From a virus (lineage: Duplodnaviria; Caudoviricetes), in the IMG/VR virus record IMGVR_UViG_3300019458_000036, positions 1 to 63,207 of that record: DNA of 63,207 nucleotides. One strand, 5' to 3'. Numbering within the stretch: position 1 is the stretch's first letter; the number at the start of each line of letters is the position of its first letter. The translations under genes were made by a program, and so were the position numbers. Positions 9,308 to 18,112 of this stretch are shown piece by piece. Under the pieces are notes generated by a model. The model was not told the origin of the DNA. It saw only the letters and a program-made list of their open reading frames with translations, and ran no database searches.

Positions 9308-9768
9308 TAACGAAACCTCCGAAAATATTTCACGTCCGTTTTAGGTACCGCAATTTTCACCGTCTTCTGACCCGAATCTCGCAATACTGCAAAACGATGC
9401 CTACCATCTGAGAATACCACTTGCTTGTTATCCCAGTGCGGGTGCACAGTCGGGGCCTCGATTTGTTCTCCCGGGTTTGATTTGAGCCAATCTATAAACT
9501 GCTCTCTACGATTGCCGATCTCGTTCTCACCGCTTGGGCTTACTCGATTGTCTTTCTCCCAAGCCGCATCCAATTTTCTCGGGTCTACTTCGACTAGCTC
9601 AAGATTCTCTGACTGCCGAGGTAGCTTGAATGAACGGCCTAGGCCGTAACGAACCTCGCTCGGTGTTTGGCCACCTCGGCTTCCGCGGCCGGTCGTCATG
9701 TCGGTAGGACGAGAAGCGCCCCCTAGGCTGCCGGTGTACTGATTCCCGTGGAACTGTCCATCGCCCAT
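9307..9768 (-). CDS. ParB/Srx-like domain protein with N-terminal FHGNQ motif
   Basis: Start MGDGQFHGNQY just after the terL stop. APTV...FSDGRHRFAVLRDSGQKTVKIAV is the ParB/Srx core. Confidence 0.7.
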   Translation of the reverse strand: MGDGQFHGNQYTGSLGGASRPTDMTTGRGSRGGQTPSEVRYGLGRSFKLPRQSENLELVEVDPRKLDAAWEKDNRVSPSGENEIGNRREQFIDWLKSNPGEQIEAPTVHPHWDNKQVVFSDGRHRFAVLRDSGQKTVKIAVPKTDVKYFRRFR

Positions 9769-9772
9769 TGTG

Positions 9773-11269
9773 CTACCCCCACTCCACCTGACGCACCCGA
9801 GGTGGCCGCGGCGCCATGTCGGGCGGAATGAACGAGAGCACCACCGCGTCGAGCTCGTCGGGCGACGAGACACCTCGTCGAGCCATCTCGTCCTTACCCT
9901 CAATCTGGATCTTACCCGCGCTCGTACGCTTGTAACGAATCTCCACGAGCTGCGCAGCGAGGTCCTCGTCCTCGGGGTCAATGTCCACCTCACCGGCCTC
10001 GAGGCGCTCGCGGAGGCCCCAATACGCCTGCGCGCGGAGATTGGCGAAATGCTCCGGGTCCTTGCTCGGCATGCCGATGTTGATGCCGAGGACCGCGAGC
10101 CGCAGCTCCCGGGCCCGGTCAACGAGGCCCCGCCCGATGCCGATCTCGTCGGCCTTTGCGCACGTGGCTCCGGTTGCCTTGAGCTGGGCCGCGACCTCGC
10201 CGAGGACGGCCATGGTATCGGGGTTCTGGTTGCGGAGCACGATGCGCACCCACCCACCGCGCCGAAGCGCGATGATCGACTTGTTCCCCCCGCCGCCCAC
10301 GTCCACCCCGAGCTCCACCGGCAGCCCGGGCGGGATGCTCTTTTCCTGCGCCTGGCGGATGAGCTGGATCGGGAAGAGCCCGTCGGGCCGGAAGTCGGGG
10401 AATTCGGCCTCGACCTTCGCGAGCCAAAATGCGGACTTCTCACCCCACTCCTTGCGCTTGCGCTCGACCCACGACTTGGAGAGGAGCAACTGCTTGAGGT
10501 CCTCGCTCACCGCCTCGCCCGAGAAGTTCGGCGTGTCCCACGCGCGGATGCGAATGACCCGCCACCCGGAACCCGGCTTGCAGATCTTGGCGAAGTGGCT
10601 CGCCCCGTCCTCTGGGTTCCCGAAAGCCAGCACCCGCGAGGCGTCATTCGTGGCGAGGGCGTCCGCGGCCCGCCACAGGGCCTCGTGCACGCCGGCGGCC
10701 TCGTCGAGGAGGACCAGGACGTAGAAGGCGTGAATCCCCTGGAAGGCTGTCGTGTCGAGGTCGGCGGGCTTGCGGCCGAAAGCCACCAACTCCTCGCGGC
10801 CGTCGGGCATCGGGAGGTGCCACTCAGTTTGGTTGAGCCGCCCCGGGAGCTTGCCCTTCGCGTGCGCGCGCGCGAGCTCCCGCCACAGGATGGCGCGGAC
10901 CTGGCTCCAGCTCGATGCCGTCGTCACGACGAACGCCGTCCCCGGCGGGTGTGTGTCGACCCACCACGCGGCGATGCGGGCCGCGAGCCACGACTTCCCG
11001 GAGGCAAAGCAACTCGGCACTGCCAGCCGGGGCTCGAGGGTCAGGGCCTCGAGAATCTCCGCCTGCTTCGACCAGAGCTCCTCACCGAGGCGCTCGCGGA
11101 TCCAAGCCGCGGGTTGGCGTGACCACTGCCGGCGCTTGATCTTCGCGTGAACGCGCTCGAGCTCCTCGCGCAGGGCAGCGGCCTTCACCTCGGGCGGGGT
11201 CACGTTGGGATCGGGCGCACCCTGTGGCGGATGTGTCCGAACCCACTCGGTGAGCTCTGCAGGGGTCAA
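9773..11269 (-). CDS. terL: Terminase large subunit
   Basis: Walker A ASGKS, Walker B LLDEAAG, FGNP motif, nuclease LGVDVG and C-terminal SPDELDA. Confidence 0.95.
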   Translation of the reverse strand: MTPAELTEWVRTHPPQGAPDPNVTPPEVKAAALREELERVHAKIKRRQWSRQPAAWIRERLGEELWSKQAEILEALTLEPRLAVPSCFASGKSWLAARIAAWWVDTHPPGTAFVVTTASSWSQVRAILWRELARAHAKGKLPGRLNQTEWHLPMPDGREELVAFGRKPADLDTTAFQGIHAFYVLVLLDEAAGVHEALWRAADALATNDASRVLAFGNPEDGASHFAKICKPGSGWRVIRIRAWDTPNFSGEAVSEDLKQLLLSKSWVERKRKEWGEKSAFWLAKVEAEFPDFRPDGLFPIQLIRQAQEKSIPPGLPVELGVDVGGGGNKSIIALRRGGWVRIVLRNQNPDTMAVLGEVAAQLKATGATCAKADEIGIGRGLVDRARELRLAVLGINIGMPSKDPEHFANLRAQAYWGLRERLEAGEVDIDPEDEDLAAQLVEIRYKRTSAGKIQIEGKDEMARRGVSSPDELDAVVLSFIPPDMAPRPPRVRQVEWG

Positions 11270-11317
11270 GGCTGATGTCCCATAAGAGATATTATGTTAA
11301 AAACAACTCAACCTCGC

Positions 11318-11845
11318 TCAACGGCTGCAGAGGCAGTTGAGCTGGCCCACGGTTTGACCTCGGGCGAGAATCTTCCGTCCGGAGCGCAGCTCGACGAAGA
11401 CCCGGAAACCGCCATCGAGCGAGGCATCGAGGCCCTCGATGGGCTCCATGGGATACCTCGGGTCATCTCGCCGAATGACCTCGATGTTTCGGTCGTCGAC
11501 GCCGATCCTCGAGTTGCCCGTGAGGTTGCGCCAGTAGTCGCGCGTGAGCACGATGTGCCACGCCACGGTGCGGCGGTCGAGGTTGCTGATGACGGAGCTC
11601 GAGAAGTAGTCGTCTTGCCCCGAGAGGCGAAGCCGAAACTCGACCTGCTCCGGCAAGAGCGCGAGGTTGCCGTCAACGTAGCAGGTGACCAGCCACGGCG
11701 TATCGGTCCAAGCAAAGATCGACTCGCCGCGGCAGAGGAGGCGAGGCGGACCCTGCGTCGGACCGAAGCGCTGGCGAGGACCTCCACAGTGGGCGAGGGC
11801 GAGCAGCAGGCTAAAGGCGGCGAGGTGAGCAACGTGCAGAGTCAC
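11318..11845 (-). CDS. Hypothetical exported protein or lipoprotein
   Basis: 175 aa. Hydrophobic N-terminus ending LAHC, GGAGG RBS. Confidence 0.5.
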   Translation of the reverse strand: MTLHVAHLAAFSLLLALAHCGGPRQRFGPTQGPPRLLCRGESIFAWTDTPWLVTCYVDGNLALLPEQVEFRLRLSGQDDYFSSSVISNLDRRTVAWHIVLTRDYWRNLTGNSRIGVDDRNIEVIRRDDPRYPMEPIEGLDASLDGGFRVFVELRSGRKILARGQTVGQLNCLCSR

Positions 11846-11854
11846 GCGAGCCTC

Positions 11855-12115
11855 CTAGTTTGGCTGCAGGGCCTGGAGCTCGGCGGCGAGCTGCAGGGCC
11901 GAGGCAGCGAGCTCCTCGTCGCTCATCGCGTCATACGGGTCGGAGACGAGGAGGTTCAAGGTCTCGGGCGGCTTTCCGTAGACGTAGTGCCAGATCATCC
12001 CCTCGATGCCCGCGGGCACGTCGCCCGAGATGAGGCGCACGCGCAACATCGCCCGGTACTCGGGGTCCTCGAGCAGCCCTCGAAGAAACTCGATCGGGAT
12101 GGCGGGTTGCTTCAC
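11855..12115 (-). CDS. Possible terminase small subunit
   Basis: 86 aa, first gene of the packaging operon. YGKP...MSDEEL pattern seen in TerS-like proteins. Confidence 0.45.
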   Translation of the reverse strand: MKQPAIPIEFLRGLLEDPEYRAMLRVRLISGDVPAGIEGMIWHYVYGKPPETLNLLVSDPYDAMSDEELAASALQLAAELQALQPN

Positions 12116-12289
12116 GAGGATATCTTATCACGGAATGAGGGTCCCGGGTCGCACTGAGCGACCCGCTGGTACGCCCGAGATTTACCCTGGAGGCGTTTGC
12201 GAGGAGAGGTCGAGGGATAACGCGGGTTGTAGAGCCGAGGGGTGAGGGTCATCGAAATTCCCTTGTAACAATGCGTGTTACTGGCATGT

Positions 12290-12632
12290 TACGCGAAAAA
12301 AGCTCTAAAGTCCTCATTCTATTATAGTTATATATTATATAACATAATAACATTATAACATATATAATAGAGAAGGAAAGGGCGTTGGGGGGGAGTCGCG
12401 TGAGCCCCGGACCGCCTCCTGGCAGCTCTAGGGGACGCATGTTACACAATTATGTGTTTAGAGAGGGCTTAAAATGTTGAGAGGATTAGGTTTAACGCGT
12501 AACAGGTGCACCAAAAAGTCGTGTATATGTGTTATCACAGAGGTATAAGAGAGGTGTAAGTTAGCCCGAGGCCCGAATTCTATCCACCTAATAACTATAA
12601 TAAAATGAGGACTTTAGAGCTTTTTTCGCGTA
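12290..12632. repeat. 42-bp inverted repeat (12290-12331 and 12591-12632, 1 mismatch) enclosing AT-rich DNA
   Basis: TACGCGAAAAAAGCTCTAAAGTCCTCATT(C/T)TATTATAGTTAT and its reverse complement, read directly. Confidence 0.95.
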
Positions 12633-12749
12633 GGTACACCCTCGGAGGTGTAAGTTAGCCCGAGGCCCGAAAACTATCACCTAAGGTACACCCTCGGAGG
12701 TGTAAGTTAGCCCGAGGCCCGAATTCTATCACCTAAGGTACACCCTCGG
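12551..12749. repeat. Iteron-like direct repeats with 52-bp period
   Basis: GAGGTGTAAGTTAGCCCGAGGCCCGAA at 12551, 12645 and 12697. AGGTACACCCTCGG at 12632, 12684 and 12736. Confidence 0.95.
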
Positions 12750-12788
12750 TGCTCGGAACGGTGATTCCCGGAAGCCTAGAAGAATCAC

Positions 12789-14834
12789 TCAATACTCCTT
12801 TGGCTTTTCGACTAGGTCGGGGAACATCGTCCTCAGCTTGAACTCCTCAGCGGTGAGCTCTCGGCCGAAGCACCTCACCACGTGGCCTTCAACAAGCTTG
12901 GTGGTCCAACGCCAGCCCTGGAACTTTTTAAACATGATGTTGCGCAGTCGCTCCGTCTCTCGCTTTGTTTGGCGCTCAATGGGCACGCCTAGTAGCTCAA
13001 ACAACTCCTTGTAGGTGAAGGTTATCAAATTTTTTGGATTATCTGGAAATCTCATCGTTGTGCGAATCACGTCAACCCACGGGTCCTCCTCCTCGCGCTC
13101 TTCCTGGTGACTCACAGCCACTGGCCACAGCTCCTCCGGCAACACGAGCGGCTCCTCGCGGTGGGTGAAGGCTTCGGCCCAGAGCTGGTCGCGGTCACGA
13201 GCGATACCCTCGACGTTTTGCCGCGAGCCAACCGTCACTGGCCAAAACCTGCGGTTTCCGGTCGGGTCAGCGAGGTAGCGGTCGCGGTTTGTCGTGCCGA
13301 TGCAGATGAAGGACCTCTTGCGCAGCGAGACCTTCTTACCGTAAGCGGCCCGAGCCTCGTCCTTTTGGCGCGAGAGAAAGGCTTTCACGGCCTCGATCTG
13401 TTTGTCGCGTAGGCCATAGAGCTCGCTGATCTCCACAATCCACTTCTCGGCGGTCTGCTCGATCACCCGCTGAGGGTCGGCGCCCAGGGGCAGGTGGTCA
13501 GTGAACCAATCATACGAGGGACACAGGGCCGCGATGGCGCTTGACTTACCGGTGCCCTGCGGGGACTCGAGGACCAGGAGATTGTCGAACTTGATGCCGG
13601 GCTCCAGGACCCGCCTCACGGCCGCTATCAGCACCTTCCGGCCGACCGCCCTCGTGTACGCCGTGTCCTCTGCCCCGAGGTAGTGGCTCAGCCAGGTGTC
13701 AACGCGCTGAACAGCATCCCAGGGCGGGAGATCGTGAAGGTACATCTGCACCGGGTGGTAGGAGTTTGCGTAGGCGAGGTCCTTGAGGCAGCTCTCGAAG
13801 AGCTCGACGGACGGTAAGAAGCGGTGCTTCCGGTCAATCTCCAGACGCAGGTGGTTGAAGAGATAGTCGTCGACCACGATGGGCAACCCGGTGCCGTTGA
13901 TGAACTCCTCGCGGTTGCCAAAGAGGTTCAGCTGAAAGGTTGCCTCCTCCTTGGCTAGGGCCAACTCGATGTTTTTACGGCAGATGGTGGGTGTTCCGGA
14001 GTTGCCCATGTTGAAACCGTCACGAGTGAAGACACCGCCCAGGATCTTCTTGAGCCCGAGGGCCAGCTTCGGGCAGAGCTTGCGCAGTGCGCTGAACCCT
14101 TCCATGGCGGCTGACTCCTCGAGCCGGTAGGTCGTGTTGAGCTCTCCGAGACGCGTGCCCGTGTCTCCGTCCATGGCGTTGGACGCTGCCTCGATGATCC
14201 ACCTCGCCTCCTCGTGCTTCACGTCAAGCATGCGCAGCATCCCGCAGAGCGGCAGGCCAACTTGGTGGCGAGTTCCACCTTCTGGGTAGTGGCGCACGAG
14301 GTAGGCACACGCGGCTAACAAGATAGCGCGTCGTTTGATCGTCTCGAAAGAGAACTCGGTAAAGGTATCCAGCTGGTCACCGGTCCACTCCACTGGTTCA
14401 TCGGGTTTCTCTCCGATCTTGTCGTGCCACGTGGAGCCAGGCAACATGGTCTGGTGCTCGCGGTCAGTGCGAACCTCGACTAGTGCGTGGCCCGGTGCAT
14501 CTGGATCTTCTATCACGAGGGCCTTGCGCTGAACATCGGATGGGGCGAGCCTATAGAGCCAGTGACTTCTGGGTTTACTGGCGTGACCCCAGGTGCTCGT
14601 GGCCTCCAGGAACGTGTCGGCCACGACAATGGCCTCGTTACAGTCAAGGTCCACGTCAAGCCACTGTTCTCGAAGCTGTAGACCGATGTTGTCTGAGGGT
14701 CCAAAGTCCGAAGCCCGAAAGTCGCGCTCGGGCCATTGGTCATGGTAAGGAGCTTTGGTGTGCTCGCGCAGCGGAACTAGGTTCCAACCGCGCTCGAAGT
14801 AAAGGGTGAGAAGGGTGTCTCGATCGAGAGCCAT
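12789..14834 (-). CDS. Primase-polymerase fused to VirE/VapE-family helicase
   Basis: N-terminal NIGL...LDVDLDC...SHWLY (prim-pol). C-terminal LVLESPQGTGKSS, WIVEISEL, IGTTNRDRYLADPTGNRRFWPV, RDQLWAEA. Confidence 0.92.
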   Translation of the reverse strand: MALDRDTLLTLYFERGWNLVPLREHTKAPYHDQWPERDFRASDFGPSDNIGLQLREQWLDVDLDCNEAIVVADTFLEATSTWGHASKPRSHWLYRLAPSDVQRKALVIEDPDAPGHALVEVRTDREHQTMLPGSTWHDKIGEKPDEPVEWTGDQLDTFTEFSFETIKRRAILLAACAYLVRHYPEGGTRHQVGLPLCGMLRMLDVKHEEARWIIEAASNAMDGDTGTRLGELNTTYRLEESAAMEGFSALRKLCPKLALGLKKILGGVFTRDGFNMGNSGTPTICRKNIELALAKEEATFQLNLFGNREEFINGTGLPIVVDDYLFNHLRLEIDRKHRFLPSVELFESCLKDLAYANSYHPVQMYLHDLPPWDAVQRVDTWLSHYLGAEDTAYTRAVGRKVLIAAVRRVLEPGIKFDNLLVLESPQGTGKSSAIAALCPSYDWFTDHLPLGADPQRVIEQTAEKWIVEISELYGLRDKQIEAVKAFLSRQKDEARAAYGKKVSLRKRSFICIGTTNRDRYLADPTGNRRFWPVTVGSRQNVEGIARDRDQLWAEAFTHREEPLVLPEELWPVAVSHQEEREEEDPWVDVIRTTMRFPDNPKNLITFTYKELFELLGVPIERQTKRETERLRNIMFKKFQGWRWTTKLVEGHVVRCFGRELTAEEFKLRTMFPDLVEKPKEY

Positions 14835-14965
14835 GTTGGGAAACCTCTAGAGCTAGCGCCGAAACATCCGGTCGCGCTCGGCGCGCTGATTTGCCTTGCG
14901 CAGTTCATTGCGAATCTCGGCGAGGACCAAGTATAAGAACCACGCTGAGAGGAGGATCGCCCAAA

Positions 14966-15610
14966 TCACGAGAGCTCCGTGAACGCCTGGTGGGCGGTGG
15001 GCGTCACGAAGCACACCTTCACCTCGGGTCGTTCGGCCGCGAGGACCCGCGCGGCGTCGAGGAACCATGTTTCCCATGACCGAAACAGTGCCTCGGTGAC
15101 CGCGCGCGGCTTCTGCCCGAAGCCCGAGTCGTCGAAGAAGTGGCTCTTAGCGACGCCGTCGAATCCCGCCAGGCGGATGTCGGTGTAGCCCAGCCACACC
15201 GCAATCTCGAGGGCAAAGAGTCCGCAGAACGGCGCCCACGACCCCTCCTCGAGGTTCAGCTGAAACACCGGCCGCCGGCGCGGTAACACGAGGTGTGTTA
15301 TCGTGACAAGCTCCATGTTCGAGGCCCGCGGCCCGAGGTCCGGTACTTGCTGCGCTACCCTCGGCAGCGGCATCCACAGCCGCCACGGCGGCTGACAGCC
15401 TTGCCGGCCGTCGCGAATGTCGATGTAGTTGGCCGCGTCGACGATCACCCGATCCTCGCAATCAGGAAACCGGAGCCAGGAGCGATTGAGCCCGATGAGA
15501 TCTATGCCCGGTTTGGGCTCGAACTCGCCCAGACTGGGTCCGCAGCCGAGAAGATACACCGCGCCGTGGTTGCGGGTATTTTTCAGCAGGCTAACGTTGA
15601 CTGGAATCAC
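14966..15610 (-). CDS. DUF115/Maf-like nucleotide-sugar transferase-fold protein
   Basis: VYLLGCGPSL, IGLNR, ALEIAVWLGYTDIRLAGFDG...HFF. Confidence 0.7.
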   Translation of the reverse strand: MIPVNVSLLKNTRNHGAVYLLGCGPSLGEFEPKPGIDLIGLNRSWLRFPDCEDRVIVDAANYIDIRDGRQGCQPPWRLWMPLPRVAQQVPDLGPRASNMELVTITHLVLPRRRPVFQLNLEEGSWAPFCGLFALEIAVWLGYTDIRLAGFDGVAKSHFFDDSGFGQKPRAVTEALFRSWETWFLDAARVLAAERPEVKVCFVTPTAHQAFTELS

Positions 15611-16269
15611 AGCAGCTCCAGGGCGGCCGCGTACTTCAGACGTAGGTGCTCGTTGGACGGCTTCTGTCGCCCGCTCTCCCAGTGGGCGATGCACGCCGCC
15701 GTCACGCCGACCTTCTTTCCCACGGCGTACTGCGAGAGCCCGAGGGACACGCGGCGCCTCGAGAGCTCCGTGTCATTGCGGCCTACCCCGATCTGACCAC
15801 CGCCCTTGTGGCCGTTGGCCGCGGCGATATAGGGCCGGCGCCCGGCGCCGGGCTTCTTACCGCCGATCGACCTCTTCCTGAGCGTGTTGGGTAGAACCAA
15901 GGCAACCCGGGGCACGGCTGACATGCCTCGTTTGGTGAATGACGTGGCCGCGAATGAGCAGAAGGCCGCGCTCTCCAACAGGCGCTCCGTTGTCTGGAGC
16001 CACGCCCACAGGACGCCGTCGGCGCACTGAAAGCCCACGATGTCCTCGTTTCGGCCAAAGATGGTTAACGGAAAGTCAAGAGCCGACCACAGCCGCCGGA
16101 CGTTGTCGGTTGGCGAGAGACGCGTGGCCAGCCAGCGTACGACGTCCGGCGGGAGCTCGAGGACGTGGCGCTCTCGCAGCTCCATCGAGCGAACAAGGGC
16201 GTAGAAGCGAGTCGAGGCCTTGAGCCGCTCACGGCTTGCCTGCTGACGGGAAAGCGCGTTCAAGTTCAT
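15607..16269 (-). CDS. Protein with C-terminal XRE helix-turn-helix
   Basis: LSRRRVSLGLSQYAVGKKVGVTAACIAHWESGRQKP. Also carries a GGKKPGAGRR basic motif. Confidence 0.7.
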   Translation of the reverse strand: MNLNALSRQQASRERLKASTRFYALVRSMELRERHVLELPPDVVRWLATRLSPTDNVRRLWSALDFPLTIFGRNEDIVGFQCADGVLWAWLQTTERLLESAAFCSFAATSFTKRGMSAVPRVALVLPNTLRKRSIGGKKPGAGRRPYIAAANGHKGGGQIGVGRNDTELSRRRVSLGLSQYAVGKKVGVTAACIAHWESGRQKPSNEHLRLKYAAALELL

Positions 16270-16336
16270 ATCAACTGTACCTCCGTAATGGCGTAGTGTG
16301 CGCCGGTGCCGAGAGCCTGCTCCGCCCAACTCCGAG

Positions 16337-16708
16337 CTAGCTCGGGTGTGTCGAAGGGGCCTTCAAAAAAGACGAGGTCGGTTCCGCTGAAGACAACGAA
16401 TACAACTCTTTGACTGGCGGGTCGTTCGCCTCCCGTATCTGCTCGTACTGCGCGGGCGTGCGTCTCCACCTCACTGTTTGAAGACACTGCTCACCTCCGG
16501 CCAGGTAATCTTGGCAAGTCAACGGGCGGGACTCGTAGATCGAGCACCGGCCCAGGCGGTCGAGCTTCTGACACGGCGCATCGAGCTCCACGCAGGCCCC
16601 GACAACTTCGCCGTGGTAGCTCATCCAGCGGCTCACGTCATCGTGGCCGGGGAGCAGGGGCACGAGGAGCGACTCGCAGCACGCTCCGCGGCACTCGTTG
16701 CACTTCAT
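16337..16708 (-). CDS. YkgJ-family cysteine-cluster (Zn/Fe-chelating) protein
   Basis: CNECRGACC...PCQKLD..GRCSIYESRPLTCQDY. Confidence 0.85.
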   Translation of the reverse strand: MKCNECRGACCESLLVPLLPGHDDVSRWMSYHGEVVGACVELDAPCQKLDRLGRCSIYESRPLTCQDYLAGGEQCLQTVRWRRTPAQYEQIREANDPPVKELYSLSSAEPTSSFLKAPSTHPS

Positions 16709-16709
16709 C

Positions 16710-16907
16710 TTATTGCTTTGTAGTGACGACGATCGGAAGGCTATCTATGCCCACGCGCAGATTGCCTGATCGCGCAACCGCACTGAAGATCTCGTTGAAC
16801 ACTTCCAGTTGCTCGGCAATTTTCTCGAGCGCTGTCGCGCTCCGGTCTAAGAGAAGATACTCTTCGTAGTTCATACGTCGCCAGAGAAGATACTCTTCGT
16901 AATTCAT
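16710..16907 (-). CDS. Hypothetical protein with duplicated start segment
   Basis: MNYEEYLLWRR-MNYEEYLLLDR, from a 33-bp tandem duplication. Confidence 0.55.
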   Translation of the reverse strand: MNYEEYLLWRRMNYEEYLLLDRSATALEKIAEQLEVFNEIFSAVARSGNLRVGIDSLPIVVTTKQ

Positions 16908-17188
16908 ACGTCGCCCACCTTTAGCAGCACGCCGCGCCAGGCCCGCACGGCGGCATGGTTTTCGGCCTCCCAATCAGCCGCGGTAACGATAATTCTCTTG
17001 AGGTATTCGCTTGAAATCAAGATATCGCCGATCGGCGTGTCCATGGCAGCCATTTCTAGCGGACAAGCCGGAAGATTGAGCATGTTTTTTAACCCGCGAG
17101 AGCGGATTTTGTTGGCTCTACTTGATGACACCCCGCCGCTTTGCTCGGCGGCCTCAGCATACTTGATGAGAAATTCTTTGACGGTCAC
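16904..17188 (-). CDS. Hypothetical protein, paralog of 17154..17504
   Basis: Shares EFLIKYA.AAE, ACPLEMA, AAD and VRAWRG.LLKVG.V with the neighbour. Confidence 0.65.
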   Translation of the reverse strand: MTVKEFLIKYAEAAEQSGGVSSSRANKIRSRGLKNMLNLPACPLEMAAMDTPIGDILISSEYLKRIIVTAADWEAENHAAVRAWRGVLLKVGDV

Positions 17189-17504
17189 GCCCAACCTCGC
17201 CAACCTTCAGCAGTATGCCGCGCCAGGCGCGAACGGTAGAACCAAGATCCACTGCGTGGTCGGCCGCATTCATGATGGCATGCTTCAGGATGTTGTCTTC
17301 GTCGTCATCGAGGTAGATGTCTTCGATACCCTGCTCACGACTGGCCATCTCTAGCGGGCAAGCTAAAAAATTCTCGTCGTTCAAGAGGGTGCAGGAGCGA
17401 ATACGCCCAAGAGAGGTGACGTAGACTCCTTTGCTGGTTTCAGCCGCAGCGGCGTACTTGATGAGAAACTCACTGAGAGTTATGGTTGCTACTTGCTCAA
17501 TCAT
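17154..17504 (-). CDS. Hypothetical protein, paralog of 16904..17188
   Basis: Same motifs as the downstream ORF. Confidence 0.65.
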   Translation of the reverse strand: MIEQVATITLSEFLIKYAAAAETSKGVYVTSLGRIRSCTLLNDENFLACPLEMASREQGIEDIYLDDDEDNILKHAIMNAADHAVDLGSTVRAWRGILLKVGEVGRDRQRISHQVC

Positions 17505-18112
17505 TTATAAGCACCTGACAAGTGAGTGGACCGTGCGTCGTTTAGAACTTCAGTCAAAATTTGGTCGAGGTTTAGGACCCTGTGATAGTTACCGAGGTCG
17601 AGGCATCTCAGGTTGTAGGGTCTCGTGAGGAGATAGGTTTTCGCCTGCGGTACGACGTAGGCCATGTCGGCTGCGTGAACCGGATGGTCATCGATGTACC
17701 AAGTTAATCCTCGAGAAGCTACTACTCCGACAAACTCGTGCTTCTCCTCTGGCTCATCTACATAGCGCAGCTTGTCAAAGGGCACAGCTTCCAGGTCTCG
17801 CCTTGAGGCCTCTCGTCCCGCCTCACAGCGGTAGGACAAACCGATCACCTTGATGCCGGCAGCCCTGAGTTTCACCACGAACTCGAGCGCGTCCGGGTAG
17901 AGCTTGGTGGGGGTCGCGTAGATGTCCCGCCAGGTCTCCGAGTGCGGCGAGGGTTTTCCCAGGGCAGCGGTGGGAATGCCGTAAGCCTCCTCGAAGGTGA
18001 AACAGTGGGGCATTTCCAGCCAACCGCCGTATCGTCTCTCGAGGACCTTATGAATCGTGTGCTCAAGGTTGAGCAGCACGCCGTCAATGTCCGTGACTAG
18101 TGTTCGGGTCAT
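17501..18112 (-). CDS. HAD-family 5'(3')-deoxyribonucleotidase-like phosphatase
   Basis: DIDGVL motif I, LSYR motif II, YIDD motif IV, LTRPYN. Confidence 0.85.
   Translation of the reverse strand: MTRTLVTDIDGVLLNLEHTIHKVLERRYGGWLEMPHCFTFEEAYGIPTAALGKPSPHSETWRDIYATPTKLYPDALEFVVKLRAAGIKVIGLSYRCEAGREASRRDLEAVPFDKLRYVDEPEEKHEFVGVVASRGLTWYIDDHPVHAADMAYVVPQAKTYLLTRPYNLRCLDLGNYHRVLNLDQILTEVLNDARSTHLSGAYK

Larger units (their letters stand above)
12250..12785. other. Putative replication origin and/or packaging-site region
   Basis: Largest non-coding gap. AT-rich, with many TAACA/TGTTA pentamers and direct and inverted repeats. Lies between the primase-helicase and the terminase operon. Confidence 0.6.

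Noticed and set aside
9770-11122. Long plus-strand ORFs (e.g. 9770..11122, 59103..60080, 60485..61690, 7874..8752)
   Set aside because: They are antisense shadows of well-supported minus-strand genes in GC-rich DNA and have no recognisable motifs.
12551-12749. CRISPR array in the 52-bp repeats
   Set aside because: The sequence between the repeat cores is itself repeated, so there are no unique spacers.
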